Shown here: in pieces, positions 27,709 to 42,384 of the stretch | Numbering within the stretch: the first letter of the stretch is position 1 | Layout: every line of letters begins with the position of its first letter | NCBI GenBank assembly: GCA_964016885.1 | Contig: OZ024750.1 | Location: 32,984,001-33,048,000, forward strand | Direction: 5' to 3' | Source of the DNA: Eledone cirrhosa | Taxonomy: Eukaryota | Length of the DNA: 64,000 nucleotides | Program-made: the position numbers and the translations under genes | Notes under the pieces: model-generated | Databases searched by the model: none | The model's input: the letters and a program-made list of their open reading frames with translations, nothing else | What the model was told of the DNA's origin: nothing

Positions 27709-28071
27709 GCTACTGTACGTCTGTATACATATATGTATGTACGTATATATACATACTTACATTTATATATATATATATATATATATAAAAATGTATGTAT
27801 GTGTGTCTGTGTGTATATATATATGTATATATATATATATGTGTATATGTATATATATATATATATATGTGTGTGTATATATAATGTATATATATATATA
27901 TAATGTATATATATATATGTATATATATAAGTAGAAGGGGTATTTAATTTGTTGGAAATCCGACAAATATAAATATAAATGTTTATAACTGATTTAGAGC
28001 ACCCAAAAAGTTCCTGGAGTAAATATTCAATGATATTAAATAGATGGAAACTATATTTATAAAACCATATT

Positions 28072-28134
28072 TATTTTATTATATATATTTCAAGGGTACC
28101 AAAACACTTTGGTACGTATTCTTCAGATAAAAAA
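28072..28134 (-). ncRNA. HHR motif (family A), partly decayed
   Basis: TTTTAT-CTGAAGA-ATAC GTACCAAA(gtgt)TTTGGTAC CCTT-GAAA-TATATATA|ATAAAATA. Confidence 0.62.
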
Positions 28135-28534
28135 CAAAGTTTGTTTTATAAATAGAGACATACCCAGGAAAATCATATCTTATCAGTTGGATATTCTCGG
28201 AATAGTGGAAATGTATTAGGGATTTTTCAAACTTATGGGTGAATATGCAAATGAATATGTAAATAATTGAAAAACAACCGTTTATTTAAACGACTATGGA
28301 GAGAGAGAAGAGAGAAGGACAAAATAGTGAGAGAGAGAGAAAGAGAGAAGAAGAAGAAGAAGAAGAAGAAGAAGAAGAAGAAGGAAAAAAGCGAAGATAA
28401 ATAAAAAAACTCATATAACGTTAATTTGAGGGAAATATATTGAACAATTATCACAGAGACAACATGTTATATGACCGACGCTATCCTTTTGTTCAAGCCT
28501 ACTTTCTATTAATACTGGACATGTATGTGGTAAA

Positions 28535-29018
28535 TCTAAAATATAATAAAGGAAGGAGTGCGGAACTGCGTACGGTTTATAATTTGTTATCCCATTAGTA
28601 AAATAAGTTGGATTACTTTGAATAAATAATGAATGAATATTACATAATTTATCTACTAAATTTTGTGGCTGTTCATTAAATATATTTTATTACTTATTTA
28701 AAGATTCACTTATTTAAAATGTTCAAATGTCAACACTTCCGGTTAGCGGTCGCTTAAATAAATATCCATATATTTCCGTCACTAATTTCCTCGTAATGCA
28801 GTTTATATATAATATCGTCTTTTTTTTAATGTATCATGGATTACGTTACTGATAACATAAGGCAGTGTAACACAATTTTCGTTCAATTTCTGTGTATATT
28901 GTCAATTACGATTGTATTTGATGTATCATATCTACATGCATATATACTTGCGTATAATATCAATATACACACTACACATGCTAGCAGAAAACCACCCCAA
29001 GTTTATTTTTTCTGCTAG
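28535..29018 (+). mobile_element. Non-autonomous Helitron, copy A (empty SINE site)
   Basis: A|TCTAAAATATAATAAAGG start; subterminal hairpin; CTAG end. Confidence 0.8.
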
Positions 29019-29990
29019 TCTATACTATAATAAAAGGAGGAGTGCGGAACAGCATCTGTTTTATACTTTTTAATCCCGTTAGTAAAATAAGTTGAATTAC
29101 TTTGAATAAATAATTGTTTCTACTTTAGGCACAAGGCCAGCAATTACCCAGTGCATCACAGGTACTTTATTTTATCGACCCCGTAAGGATGAAAGGCAAA
29201 GTCAACCTCGGCGGGATTTGAACTCAGATCGTAAAGGGACGTAACTATGCTGGAAAGCATGGCGTCCGACCCTCTACCGATACTGCCAATCCACCACCCA
29301 TTACTTTGAATAAATAATTGTTTCTACTTTAGGCACAAGGTCAGCAATTACCCAGTGCATTACTGGTACTTTATTTTATCGACCCGGTAAGGATGAAAGA
29401 CAAAGTCAACCTCGGCGGGATTTGAACTCAGATCGTAAAGGGACGTAACTATGCTGGAAAGCATGGCGTCCGACCCTCTACTGATACTGCCAATCCACCG
29501 CCCTCTTTGAATAAATAATGCATGAATATTATATAATGTATCTACTAAATTTCGTAGCTGTTGATTTAACATAAACATTCTCATATATAATGAGAGTCAC
29601 TTCTTTTAACATTTTCAAATGTCAATTCTTCCGGTTAGATATAACGGAAACTATGATATATCACATATCGCTTATAAACACGTTCATATATTTGCATCGT
29701 TATATCAAAACCTTTATATTTCTGTCGCTAATTTTCTCCTTTTTCGCTTTCATTACATTTCACCGTAATACAGTTCATATATAATATCGTCTGTTTTAAA
29801 TGTAATATGGATTACTTTACTGTTTACAGAAGAGAGTGTAACACAGTCTCTCTTGAATGTCTGTTGCATATTGTCAATTGTGATTTCATTTGACGTATTA
29901 TATCTACATGCATATATATTTGCGTATAATATAAATATGCACATTACACATACGTGCAGAAAACCACCCGAAGGTTGGTTTTTCTGCTAA
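29019..29990 (+). mobile_element. Non-autonomous Helitron, copy B, head-to-tail with A
   Basis: Junction CTAG|TCTATACTATAATAAAAGG; 3' hairpin GCAGAAAACCACCCGAAGGTTGGTTTTTCTG then CTAA|T. Confidence 0.8.
29110..29503 (-). mobile_element. Two tandem full-length SINEs inside Helitron B
   Basis: Each is flanked by (TTA)CTTTGAATAAATAAT duplications. Confidence 0.92.
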
Positions 29991-30117
29991 TATATGTAAT
30001 GGCGGCTGCCTGAAAGATGGATATACTTCTAAATGTGTACACGATGAACACCAACTGTGCTCGGTAGTGAATTACGTTTCAGTGTTAATAATGATTAAGA
30101 CCTTAATATGTGATTCT

Positions 30118-30380
30118 TCTTGGTTGTGTGGTTGACAGAATTGGTAGGGCGTCGAATAAAATGTTATTGCGGTGTTTATTCTGGATCTTCAAAATTATGC
30201 GTTCAAATCCTACCAATTCAACTTAGCCCTTTTTTTTCTTCCGAGATAGATAAAATAAAGTACTGGATTAATTTAATCAATGTTGCCGTTTGCCTAAATA
30301 AAGTACCAGTCAGATACTGGTGTTGATTTAATCAACTTTGCCTGAATTTATTGGCCTTGTACCTAAATGAGAAATCAATA
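30118..30380 (+). mobile_element. Diverged SINE
   Basis: Decayed A/B boxes, GATAAAATAAAGTAC core, TGGCCTTGTACCTAAA tail. Confidence 0.65.
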
Positions 30381-30675
30381 CGTGTTTCTTCTAATTCACA
30401 TGATATAATACATAACTATAGTAAAATATAGATAAAAACATCATTTGAATTAAACATTGAACATTGATATTTCATTAACAACGATGTAACCCCCATCGAT
30501 TTAAAGATACTATCTCGACATTTATGATAATATCAAAATATATCACTGGCTGAGAAGAGAAGTAAAATTACACCTTATCTATCTGGCACATTTAGCGGAG
30601 TAAGCATTTTTTGGCAGCAGAACACAAAGTCTCCATACTAATGATAAAAGAGAAAACAAAGAGAATAAAACACAC

Positions 30676-30755
<80 letters not shown>

Positions 30756-30839
30756 GGCGACACACACATACACTCACACTCTTTCTTTCTCAAACATACG
30801 CATGCGCTCACACATACACAAACTAACAGATTATATTTG

Positions 30840-30879
<40 letters not shown>

Positions 30880-30901
30880 AGTGTTTGTGGGTGTATGAAT
30901 G

Positions 30902-30943
<42 letters not shown>

Positions 30944-30965
30944 AGTGTTTGTGGGTGTATGAATG

Positions 30966-31011
<46 letters not shown>

Positions 31012-31049
31012 TGTATATACACATTCATACGCATGAATGTATATATATA

Positions 31050-31099
31050 TAATACTTTGGTCGTTACACACTGACTGAATTGATGTATATTATCCCTAT

Positions 31100-31146
<47 letters not shown>

Positions 31147-31421
31147 CATACATACATATATACACAAACATGTATATATATATACATACTCACACAATAC
31201 TTACATGCAAATACGCACATAGATACACACATATATATATATATATGTATATATACATACATACAGACACATACACATACAAACATAGATATATGTGTAT
31301 GTATGTATATAGATGTGAGTGTTTGTGGGAGTATGAATGTATGTATATATGAACATATATATATATATATATATATACACATACATATGTATATATATAT
31401 ATATATATATAGATATATATG

Positions 31422-31481
<60 letters not shown>

Positions 31482-31684
31482 TATATATTCATATATACAT
31501 ACATTCATACTCCCACAAACACTCACATCTATATACATACATACAAATATATCTATGTTTGTATGTGTATGTGTCTGTATGTATATATACATATATATAT
31601 GTGTGTATCTATGTGCGTATTTGCATGTAAGTATTGTGTGAGTATGTATATATATATACATGTTTGTGTATATATGTATGCATG

Positions 31685-31731
<47 letters not shown>

Positions 31732-31750
31732 GTTTGTGTATATATGTATG

Positions 31751-31809
<59 letters not shown>

Positions 31810-31857
31810 ATAGGGATAATACACATCAATTCAGTCAGTGTAACGACCAAAGTATTA
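31050..31857. repeat. About 800-bp imperfect palindrome centred on (TA)n
   Basis: Ends TAATACTTTGGTCGTTACAC / GTGTAACGACCAAAGTATTA; interior mirrored. Confidence 0.88.
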
Positions 31858-33040
31858 GTGATTTATGTTTAAAAACGAAGACAAGTGGAAAATATAATAA
31901 AAACAAAAAAGTCAAAATGAGGAAAGTTGAAATGAGTGAAGTCATGTATTTTATGTGGCATCTCTAAAACATTAACAGAGAAGTCTGGCAGAATCAGTTA
32001 AACTTGCCAAAACTAGTGTTATCCATAATATTTAACAATCATTTATCTGTCATGTGAATTGTAGACTACAGAAAGACATTTATTTTAGAGGACAAGTAGA
32101 AAAAGTATGTACTGACATATACATGTGTATAGCTATAAAAGAATTTTGGAAAATTACTTACAAGCTTTCACCGTGAATTGACTGCAGAAAATTGTCTAAT
32201 ATTAGGACGTGGGTAAAAAGATAAAGACTCCATTCAGTGAAGAATGACCATACGATTTTCACCTAGAAAGTACCCCACCACACACACACACATATACACA
32301 CCCCAAGGCACAAATCCGGGCAAGGTTGTTTGTGAAAGACCAGTAGTCACATATTCGTTCTAACCACTAAGCCATGCCCCCCCCCCACCTATAATGGAAC
32401 AGAAATGGGCAATAGCGATTCCCATGCAGCACGCTAATACCCTTTATTTCATGTTATGGGGGTTAATATGTCAGCGTTCATGTCAAATCATGACGTAGAT
32501 GAACTCAGAATAATATCCAGAGGAGCTGCCGAAACATCGATCTGAGCCAGGTGTAGAGTCTGTCATCTCGTCTCCTGCTCTCTTTCCTTCTTTCCTTAAC
32601 TGATAATCCTTATTCTCTCTCTCTCTCTCTCGCCCCCCTCTCACTCTCTCTCTCTTATTTTTCTCTCATTTATATCATTTATAGACTTTTCTAATACTAC
32701 TTTAGTTTTCTCTAAGTTTATCTAAATATAAAGTCCTTTATTACTTTCATGTAAATTTTCATCCTAGGGATATATTTTAATATTCTCAAATAAAATAATT
32801 TTCTATATTAGATTTAAAAAAAAAAGAATACTGAAAAGTATTTTGTCAAGCGCTCTAATAATTCTATTCCGAATTGTTAGTAAGAATGAAAGACAGAGTT
32901 GGTGCAAATATTGGCAAGTTGTATGCCCGTTGCTCTAACAATGCAGCCAAATCTACCACCTCAGTCTGGCAAATTATTTATTAATATATATATATGTGTG
33001 TGTGTCTGTGTGTTTGCTTGTGTGTGTGTGTGTGTGTGTA

Positions 33041-33147
<107 letters not shown>

Positions 33148-33304
33148 GATAAAAATGTTATCGTTATAGGTAATCCAGTTAGAGGTTGTGAGTACTCTGC
33201 GTCGTGGATAGTTTTAACGTACGGCTTTGTTTGACTCAATTGTCAGTACCTGAAATAAAGTCCCTTGTTGTACAGCCAACAATATTACTCTTCTCTTCAT
33301 TCTT

Positions 33305-33390
<86 letters not shown>

Positions 33391-33418
33391 CATTATATAT
33401 ATATATATATATATATAC

Positions 33419-33454
<36 letters not shown>

Positions 33455-33689
33455 ATTATTTAATTATATATACACATTTATGCACACATTTATATATATG
33501 TACATATATTTATAACTGAAAAAATGTTATTAATCAGAACGCAAGCTCTCTTTTATATATGGGAATAACTTTATAATTATAGGTCACATTAATATATATA
33601 TATTCAACTTGGCTAGTATTGGCCCAGGCCATGTCTAACTTAATAACACCACCTGGCGAAGTCTTTCAAATCAGGATTTGGGCCCCATG

Positions 33690-34125
33690 GCCCACTCAAG
33701 AAGTGAGTTATTGTTTACGGAGACATATCCGGGTGTAGGAAGTTTATCGGGGATTTCTTGAAGGAATTTGTCCAAACACTCCTTCAACTTTATGGGGTCT
33801 GTTTCTGTTTTAAAGTGTGTTGGTGTAATGTTAAAGAAAGCTGGGCCAATTGAGGTGAAATAATTGTTGTTATGAGATGCGAGTTTGATTTTTGTTGTGG
33901 GCGGATAGCACGGGGCCCAAGTCTAGGGTGTAGTTTAAAGGTGATACCAACACCATTTGTGCAATATTTTCCACATCATGAAGATAATGTACGTTCACGG
34001 TGTTGTGGAGAGAATAAAGTTTGAGCTTTTCTAGTCGACCCCCAATAGTCAAGCCCTGACATGCCATCTATTCTTTTCGTGATTGACCTTTGAGGAGCTT
34101 CAAATTTCATGATACTTTGTTACAT
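33690..34125 (-). pseudogene. 3' end of a CR1/Jockey-group LINE ORF2
   Basis: Minus-strand RLEKLKLYSL and PAFFNITP..KCLDKFLQEIPDK..PGYVSVNNNSLLEW motifs, with frameshifts. Confidence 0.75.
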
Positions 34126-34585
34126 GTGGGGAGACCTTTGTCGCTAAAACAATTTTGTTCTATGCGAAAAAACACACCTGCCACCACTGCTGCTGCTGCT
34201 ACTACCATGACTACACCTCTCTATATATACACAAGAGTTCATTTTCCAGTCTCCTTCTTAACAAGGAAGATAAAAAAACTTATCGCAACACTTAAATTTA
34301 AATCTTTAATTTTTAATTTTTAGTCATTATTAATTCTCTTTAATAGTAACACTCAACATTTCATTAGATGAATTTTACTAATACACCAAAACCGGTTATA
34401 TTTTATGTACATTATATAACTCTTTTTAAAAAAAATGTTCCCTCTCATTTTTTCAATAATGTCATCTTTTCAATAATGTCACTTTGACGAATCAAAAAAA
34501 GGAAAAAAAAGATAAACAAACCCTTATATATATTTTCCGTGCTATTTCCAATCTCACATGTTTTCTCCCCACCACCCCAAATCTC

Positions 34586-34954
<369 letters not shown>

Positions 34955-35176
34955 CTGCGATGAATTAGTTTTGCGAGGTTTTTTATATGAAATCGTGTGT
35001 CGAAACAAATATTGTTATACTTGGGGAGGGTCATATTTGTGTAATAATATTGCCAGAATTAATAACAGAACACACTCACTGTTATATATATATATACATA
35101 TATATATATATAACGAAGGGGGTGTGGTAAGGAACCAGATGGACCAGAGTTCTGCCGTCGGGGTTAAACTTTTTCC

Positions 35177-35260
<84 letters not shown>

Positions 35261-35412
35261 CACATATCACACCATAGTCTTATTGACTTGTTGCCAAATA
35301 TAAATGCATTCCATTGGAGAACAGTATATATAGATACAGCAATCCTTTTTAAGCTAATCGATAATATTTAAGCAACATCTATCAATCCATCTGTCGTTCT
35401 ATCTGTATGTAA

Positions 35413-35459
<47 letters not shown>

Positions 35460-35581
35460 GTTTAACGCTATATAAGTTTAACAGATTTCTTCAGATTTAT
35501 GAAGCTATGAATTATATTTGTTCGATTTGATGATTCTATGAAACAAACCTCGCCAAAATCATATGTATTATTATTATCCAA

Positions 35582-35780
35582 GGGCGGTGGATTGGCAGTA
35601 TCGGTAGAGAGTCGGACACCATGCTTTGAAGCATAGAGTTACGTCCCTTTATGATCTGAGTTCAAATCCCTCCGAGGTTAACTTTGCCTTTCATCCTTAC
35701 GGGGTCGATAAAATAAAGTACCAGTAATGTACTGGGTAATTGGTGGCCTTGTGCCTAACATAGAAACAATTATTATTATT
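35582..35780 (+). mobile_element. SINE
   Basis: Consensus match in an ATT run. Confidence 0.9.
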
Positions 35781-35945
35781 CATTTTAGATGAAAGGTTTT
35801 CATAGCACACCCACACACACACATACACACAGACACACACACACATATATAATATATACATGTGTATGTTTGTGTTTGTGTGTGTGTGTGTTTGAGTATG
35901 TGGATGGGTGTTTGTGTATGTGGGTGTGTGTTTGTGTATGTGTGT

Positions 35946-35982
<37 letters not shown>

Positions 35983-36977
35983 TCTGTATGTGTGTGTGTG
36001 TGTGCTTGTGTGTGTGTGTGTGTGTATGTAAGTATAGCAACAAAGTTTTTAAATTTCAAATTTTAAAATGTTCTCTTCCCTGTCTAAAAATCTGAATATT
36101 TTGTTCCATGGTTATCTTGCTATGTCATTTCTCTAGGGAATGAGAAATGATGAGATAGAGAGAGAGGTAATTAATGTATATGAGAAAACGAGAGATAAAA
36201 ATCAGAGTGAATCTGGAATAGAGATAAATAGATTACACAAGACACATCATAAAAGAGAGACTTTGATAGTGAGAGATTGTAGTTTGGGGGCGGAAGTCGT
36301 TATCTAGATAATTCTAAAGATAGATGCCATACCTCACTTTACCCGCAAGAATGATAGCAGATATTTTGGACACTACAACGTAGCCTCTGATATCGATAAT
36401 TAGGAGTTTCATGACTGGTTAACTTTAACAATAGGTTCATTTAACTCTTAATATCCTATATTGATTTACCAGAAAATACCCTTCAAAGAAGTATGTTAAT
36501 TCAAATGTTTGCATTATTTTTATTAGTAGACAGATCGTTGTGGAATTTTGCGATGTTATTGCAATGAATATAGTCTTTATTTTGATGAAGTCATAGTATT
36601 GTTTGCTACTTTGCAAGAATATTTTGCTAATGTGATTTTATATGACACAGGATGTTAAGGGTTGATTCATATGTGGATTGGGACTAATCAACAAACACAA
36701 TACTAACAACGACGGTAACAAATATATCAACAAGAACTACAACATCAAAGACTTGGGCATAGAATTGGAACAGCCAATGACGCAGCACTATGTCATGAAA
36801 TAATCAACAAAGCTATATATATATATATATATATTAAAGTGTTAAACGATATTCAATGATTATGTCAAAGAATGAGTTTTACAGTAGATTGGAAGCACTC
36901 TACGAAAAATAATTTTTGGGAGTTGTTAATATTAAAATATAAATATTAATAAGATAGATGTTCATTTGATCAATTAC

Positions 36978-37030
36978 ATTTTCTTATGCATATTTCGGAT
37001 GTACAACAGTACGTCCTCATCAGACAAAAT
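36978..37030 (-). ncRNA. HHR motif (family A-like)
   Basis: ATTTTGT-CTGATGA-GGACGTAC(tgtt)GTACATCC-GAAA-TATGCATA|AGAAAAT; downstream flank 36833-36930 homologous to 60770-60866. Confidence 0.78.
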
Positions 37031-37259
37031 ATAATTATACATGACATACCTTAGATGTTAAATGGTTAAGATTTAATCAAGGTACCATATATATATATGT
37101 ATATATATATCTATCTGTATATATGTATATATATATCTGTATATATGTATATATATATATGTATATATGTGTGTATATATATATATATACACACACATAT
37201 ACATATATATGTATATATGTATATAAAAAAAAATATATATATATATACATATATTTATA

Positions 37260-37293
<34 letters not shown>

Positions 37294-37377
37294 CATATCA
37301 TATATATATATATATATATATATATAGACTATATCATATATATATATATATATATCATATATATATATATAGACCAT

Positions 37378-37448
<71 letters not shown>

Positions 37449-38791
37449 CATATTATATATAAAGAATATATAAAGATTGGTGTGCTCATGCACGGTGTTA
37501 CTTTAAAATAACTCATAAAATAGTGAGAAGACCTTTAAAGACGGAAAACGAAGTTGCCATGTATGTGTGTATGCTTGTGTCTGTGTGCCTGTATTTTTAG
37601 TATCTGAGAAAATACATAATGAATAATAACTGATTATATCTGTATGATTATTATGCTTGGAATTATGTGATACTCTGTATGATTAAAAATAGATATGAAT
37701 AATGTATTGATCTTTAGATAAGGTATCTCCTTAGTAGTCTTTCACTAGATGCTTTTATGTGAGGAATATACTGCAACCAAAATATATATTAGTTGTTCTG
37801 AAGCCGGTACAATGCGGTAGAAAAATACGAAGAGCAAATGATGTCAAATGAATCAAAAGAAAGTAATGTATCACCCAGTGTATTTTAATATATTTCAGGG
37901 CCATTACCCTCTCCTCAGATGAAACGGTGCAAGACAAAACAAAACAAAACGAACATTCCATCTTATTGCTAACTAAACTCTCTGTTGTATATACTTCATA
38001 TTTTGTCATATCATTCGCAATAGAATACAAAATACATATAATTGGCCAGAGAGAATAGCACGTAGTACTTTACCGTACCAGAGGGAAAATGTTGCACAAT
38101 TTCCACAAGAAAATGTTTTATAAACCAACTGATAAATAATAAACAGATTCCATAACTAAATTTGTAATAATATCTCAGCTGTTATAAAACATTTAATTAT
38201 TTCCCTTTAATCTTGCATCACAGACAAATGATTGAAATATATTATCTAGGAAACTAAGAATATATTCACATTTTGTTCCCGCTCGTCATGGAATATAATG
38301 AATTACTTTTGTGTTTCAACTTCATAAAAAAAAACCCTGTCATTTGGGAAAGTTTCCAAACGTTTATTATGTATTTTTAATATCACAGATAGCCCCGATA
38401 CTCCCAAGGGACAAGAAAACAGTGTAATAAATAAGTTTCTGTTTATTGTTCACTTTTTATGTTTTACTGGTTGTTGAGATGATATATTACATCAATGACG
38501 TATGAATTTAAAATATTTTTAGCAGAATAATAATTGTGTAATTAACGAATTGTCGTTCAAATTATTAAGTTACAAAAGCAGAAGCGTGGCCTCAAAATTC
38601 AGGAACATGTGATTGCATGTCGCATATAGTGATGCTATAAAACAGTGACAAAGCATAAAGTCAACGTTTACATAGCGGTGGACAGAGCCAAATGGATATT
38701 CCTGACTTTTATATTTTTTATGTTTCTCATCTCTGATGAATATTGAAAAAAATAAAAAAAACGACAATTTATATTTGAGTTTAATTTTCAG

Positions 38792-38830
38792 GATATGATG
38801 TGTGCCTGTTGCAATGTCTCCGGTGTTTCA
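38792..38830 (+). other. Candidate 39-nt Cys-rich exon
   Basis: ttaattttcag acceptor and gtaagt donor; frames YDVCLLQCLRCF or DMMCACCNVSGVS; unverified. Confidence 0.25.
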
Positions 38831-39261
38831 GTAAGTAAGTGTTAAACATCGCTATTTATCACTCTTATCATGGCCACTGTTTGCGAAATATGTCTGTATA
38901 AACGTTAAATATTGTTTACTGTAAACCTCATGGGTTATTTTTATAGTTTGTGAGACTTCCCATGAATTGTATCAGTGTTGCTTTTATCAAAGAGTTTTCA
39001 CTCTTCTATTTAATTTGTTTGTTTTGTGAACTTAGTTGTTATCACACATTGGAAAGATCCAGATATCAGCTGAGTCAAAACTGAAAATCCAAATAACATC
39101 TTCCTTTGGAAAACAAGGGAGGTACGTTTCCCTCACCCGGTGGCTATAATGAAGCCCTGTGGTGGACATGTCTATAAGTCTTGAAATCAAGGAGTTTCCT
39201 CTCTGCCCAAGCCCTCAAGATATTGATGAAGTTAGGGAGTGAGAGTGAGAGAGAGAAAGAG

Positions 39262-39337
<76 letters not shown>

Positions 39338-40691
39338 TGTGAATTGGCAGAATCATTAGGACTTCGGATAGAATATTTTGTCACATTCGTTTCCCTCTCT
39401 GTGTTTTGTGTTCTCGCCCAAATCAACTTTGCGTTTCCTCATTTCAATGTCGATAAAAAAAGGGCCAGTCCAATACTGGAGTTGATTATTTCCCATTCTC
39501 ATTTCCTCTCTATCACTCGTTCTCTGGAAGAAATAGGCCGTGTTCTATGAGACCATATGATGTCACTTCTAACATAGCAGAGGTAAGGGTGAATTAATAC
39601 TAGTTATTAATGACGCCAGTCGATCGTAACTGAGAACATTGCACCCGAGGATGGACGCCCATTAGGTAGGGGGGGGGGGCTGATGCAGTGAGTATCAGAG
39701 GCTATTCGTCACGGTAATACTACTGATATTTTGGACACAGGGTATAGCTGAGATGACCTATTCCACCAGTATATTCAAGGTTGGATTTAGACAATAGGGG
39801 GCCTTGGGTACCTCAGCTTTGGTATGTGGGGGGGGGGGGGCTCCCATACACAAAAGAATTAGAATACACAGCAAACCTCACAATTTTACATATCAAATTT
39901 AGCTTGGCGCAAATAATTGGAATTGAAAAGTTTTACATGCAGGTATTAATAAAACAAATTCTAACAATCCTAAAGTAAAGGGTCCAGCTGAAGGTACGAA
40001 TAGATTACTTCGGTCGTCACTGGTGCCCCACACACACACTACATGGGCCCCGGGGCATTTACCCCCCTTTGCCCCACATTAAATCTGGTCCTGAGTGTAT
40101 CTAGTTTGTTTCGCTTATTTTTTGGTGTGTGTGTGCATATTATTTTCATTACATTATTCGTTAAATAGATATTTTTAAAATATAAAACAAAATTATGAAG
40201 TAAACAACCTCATATAATCTACTTAATTGCAATCATACAATGGAGAAATGAATTTAATCGTCGGAATTATTCATAGTTTAACATATTCGTGGTTAAATCA
40301 TGATGCTGATGTGTAGAACATATTAAGGAAAATATTCCGAATTGCATTTCTATATTCTAAATGATCTTGCAGTTATGTCGCAAATATTAATATATATTTC
40401 ATATTTTACATGATTTAAAATGGATATTGTCCTTTTAATACATTACTTTTAATACTCATTAGGGAAAATAAGTCTAAAATGTGATTTAGAGATAGTTTAC
40501 TTTAACAGATGTCTTTGAATAAATGACATTTTCTAACTGGATTGCTAACAGCATATTAATATCTGCTATCAAATGTTCACTTTATATTGTATAATGAAAT
40601 ATATGCTACATGTTATTATAAAATAGAAATAAAAATATCTGAAATCTAAATGAAGAACAAAAATCTTAAAGCTGAAATTGACAATGCAGTA

Positions 40692-41023
40692 CAAGAGTCG
40701 GCTGAAAATTTCATAGGCTGACCAAGATACTCATGGAATAACCAAGTAAGGTTAATTTTTCAACATAGTCCCTGCAAAGAAACAATGCAGTTATAAATAA
40801 AAAGATTTGAAGTTAATAATATGCAAGATTTCCCAGCTCTATCATCACTTCTTCCTACGCTGACCAAGATGTTCTAATGGGATGCACAAATACGGTTTAT
40901 TTTTCAGAACATAGTCCCTGGAAATAAACAATGCAGTTATAAATTGAAATTAATGCATACACATATCCCAGCCGTAACATAAATCCGTTATAGTCAGCCT
41001 ATGAACGTTTCGGCCGACCATCG
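40692..41023. mobile_element. Tc1/mariner-type MITE
   Basis: About 30-bp TIRs CAAGAGTCGGCTGAAAATTTCATAGGCTGAC / GTCAGCCTATGAACGTTTCGGCCGACCATCG; TA at left; internal tandem duplication. Confidence 0.75.
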
Positions 41024-41468
41024 CAGCATAGAAAATATATTTTAATAGAGACTTTATGTTAAATTATAGGACAACCAGTTGAACTTTCGCTGTTTACATT
41101 AAAACAATATATATTTATACCCACAGTGTGTGTAGAATATATGTGTATTATTTTAATAAACTTTAGTTTACTGCAAGGATACATAACAGGCAAGCTTTGT
41201 AGTTGAAGGATAGCGAGAATGATACAAATCATAAAAAAATGGACGTGGACCTCTTAGCATAATGTAAATGAGTAAAGTGATATTCCCTGCAAATCATGTC
41301 AATGTTGTATTTATAAAATCAGTGATAGTCATGGAAACAGCTTTCAAAATTTGAAGGTGAAATTCAACGGTGCTTTGATAGAGTTCAGTTTAGACTCTAA
41401 CATTTTAACTAATGTCTTTTGATAATATCTATATTTTTAAATATGTAGAAATATGTTGATTAATCGTC

Positions 41469-41600
41469 GTACTAATATCAATTGGTAATATCTATTTATT
41501 TATCTGCCTATGTACTAATATCAATTGGTAATATCTATTTATTTATCTGCCTATGTACTAATATCAATTGGTAATATCCATTTATTATCTGCCTACTAAT
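41469..41600. repeat. 43-bp tandem repeat x3
   Basis: GTACTAATATCAATTGGTAATATC at 41469, 41512, 41555. Confidence 0.9.
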
Positions 41601-41650
41601 GTACTGAGTACCTTATTTATTGTGGTTACCCCCGATTGAACTGGAGACTT

Positions 41651-41701
<51 letters not shown>

Positions 41702-41712
41702 CTCTCCCCCCC

Positions 41713-41749
<37 letters not shown>

Positions 41750-42186
41750 CCTTTATATATATATATATATATATGATGGCTGCAACTCGATTTCAGTTTA
41801 TGCCTTCGCTTGATACCTAAGCACGAGTATCACAGACGTGGCTTTTTAGTCCTGTAAGAGACTTGCCTATGGCCAGCAATGCCATGTATCGTTAAAAAAT
41901 GTCACATACCAAGCGATGGCAGAAATTGAAGCTTTTTTTAAGTGAGGAAAGGATTTGCACGGGGCCAATCCCACTCTCTGAACACATTTTCCCCAAAAGA
42001 AGAACTGGTTGACATCATTGGATGCGGAGTGACCTTCTCCTGAAGAATAACTTTATTGAATGGAGTTGACTCTCCTCAGTTCCTCGGTATATATTATATG
42101 CACACACGCACACACAAATACACACACACACACACACACACACACGCGCGCGCGCGCGTGTACACCCGCTTAGAACTGATCGCATG

Positions 42187-42245
42187 TATTTTGTCTGAAG
42201 AAGGCATACTATAATTTAACATCCTGAAATATATATAACGAAATA
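42187..42245 (+). ncRNA. HHR (family A)
   Basis: TATTTTGT-CTGAAGA-AGG...CCT-GAAA-TATATATA|ACGAAATA; 8-bp helix I. Confidence 0.78.
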
Positions 42246-42249
42246 AATA

Positions 42250-42384
42250 ATTATTTCTACTTTAGGCACAAAGCCAGTAATTAGCCAGTACATTACTGGT
42301 ACTTTATTTTATCGACCCCGTAAGGATGAAAGGCAAAGTTAACCTCGGCGGGATTTGAACTCAGATCGTAAAGGGACGTAACTA
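42250..42384 (-). mobile_element. 5'-truncated SINE with 18-bp TSD
   Basis: TATAACGAAATAAATAAT at 42234-42251 and 42383-42400. Confidence 0.92.

Larger units (their letters stand above)
26158..27765 (+). mobile_element. Non-autonomous PLE/retrozyme-like element: partial tandem (463-bp period) plus upstream inverted copy
   Basis: 26995-27283 repeats at 27458-27763; 26158-26300 and 26860-26998 are the reverse complement of 27083-27343. Confidence 0.8.
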
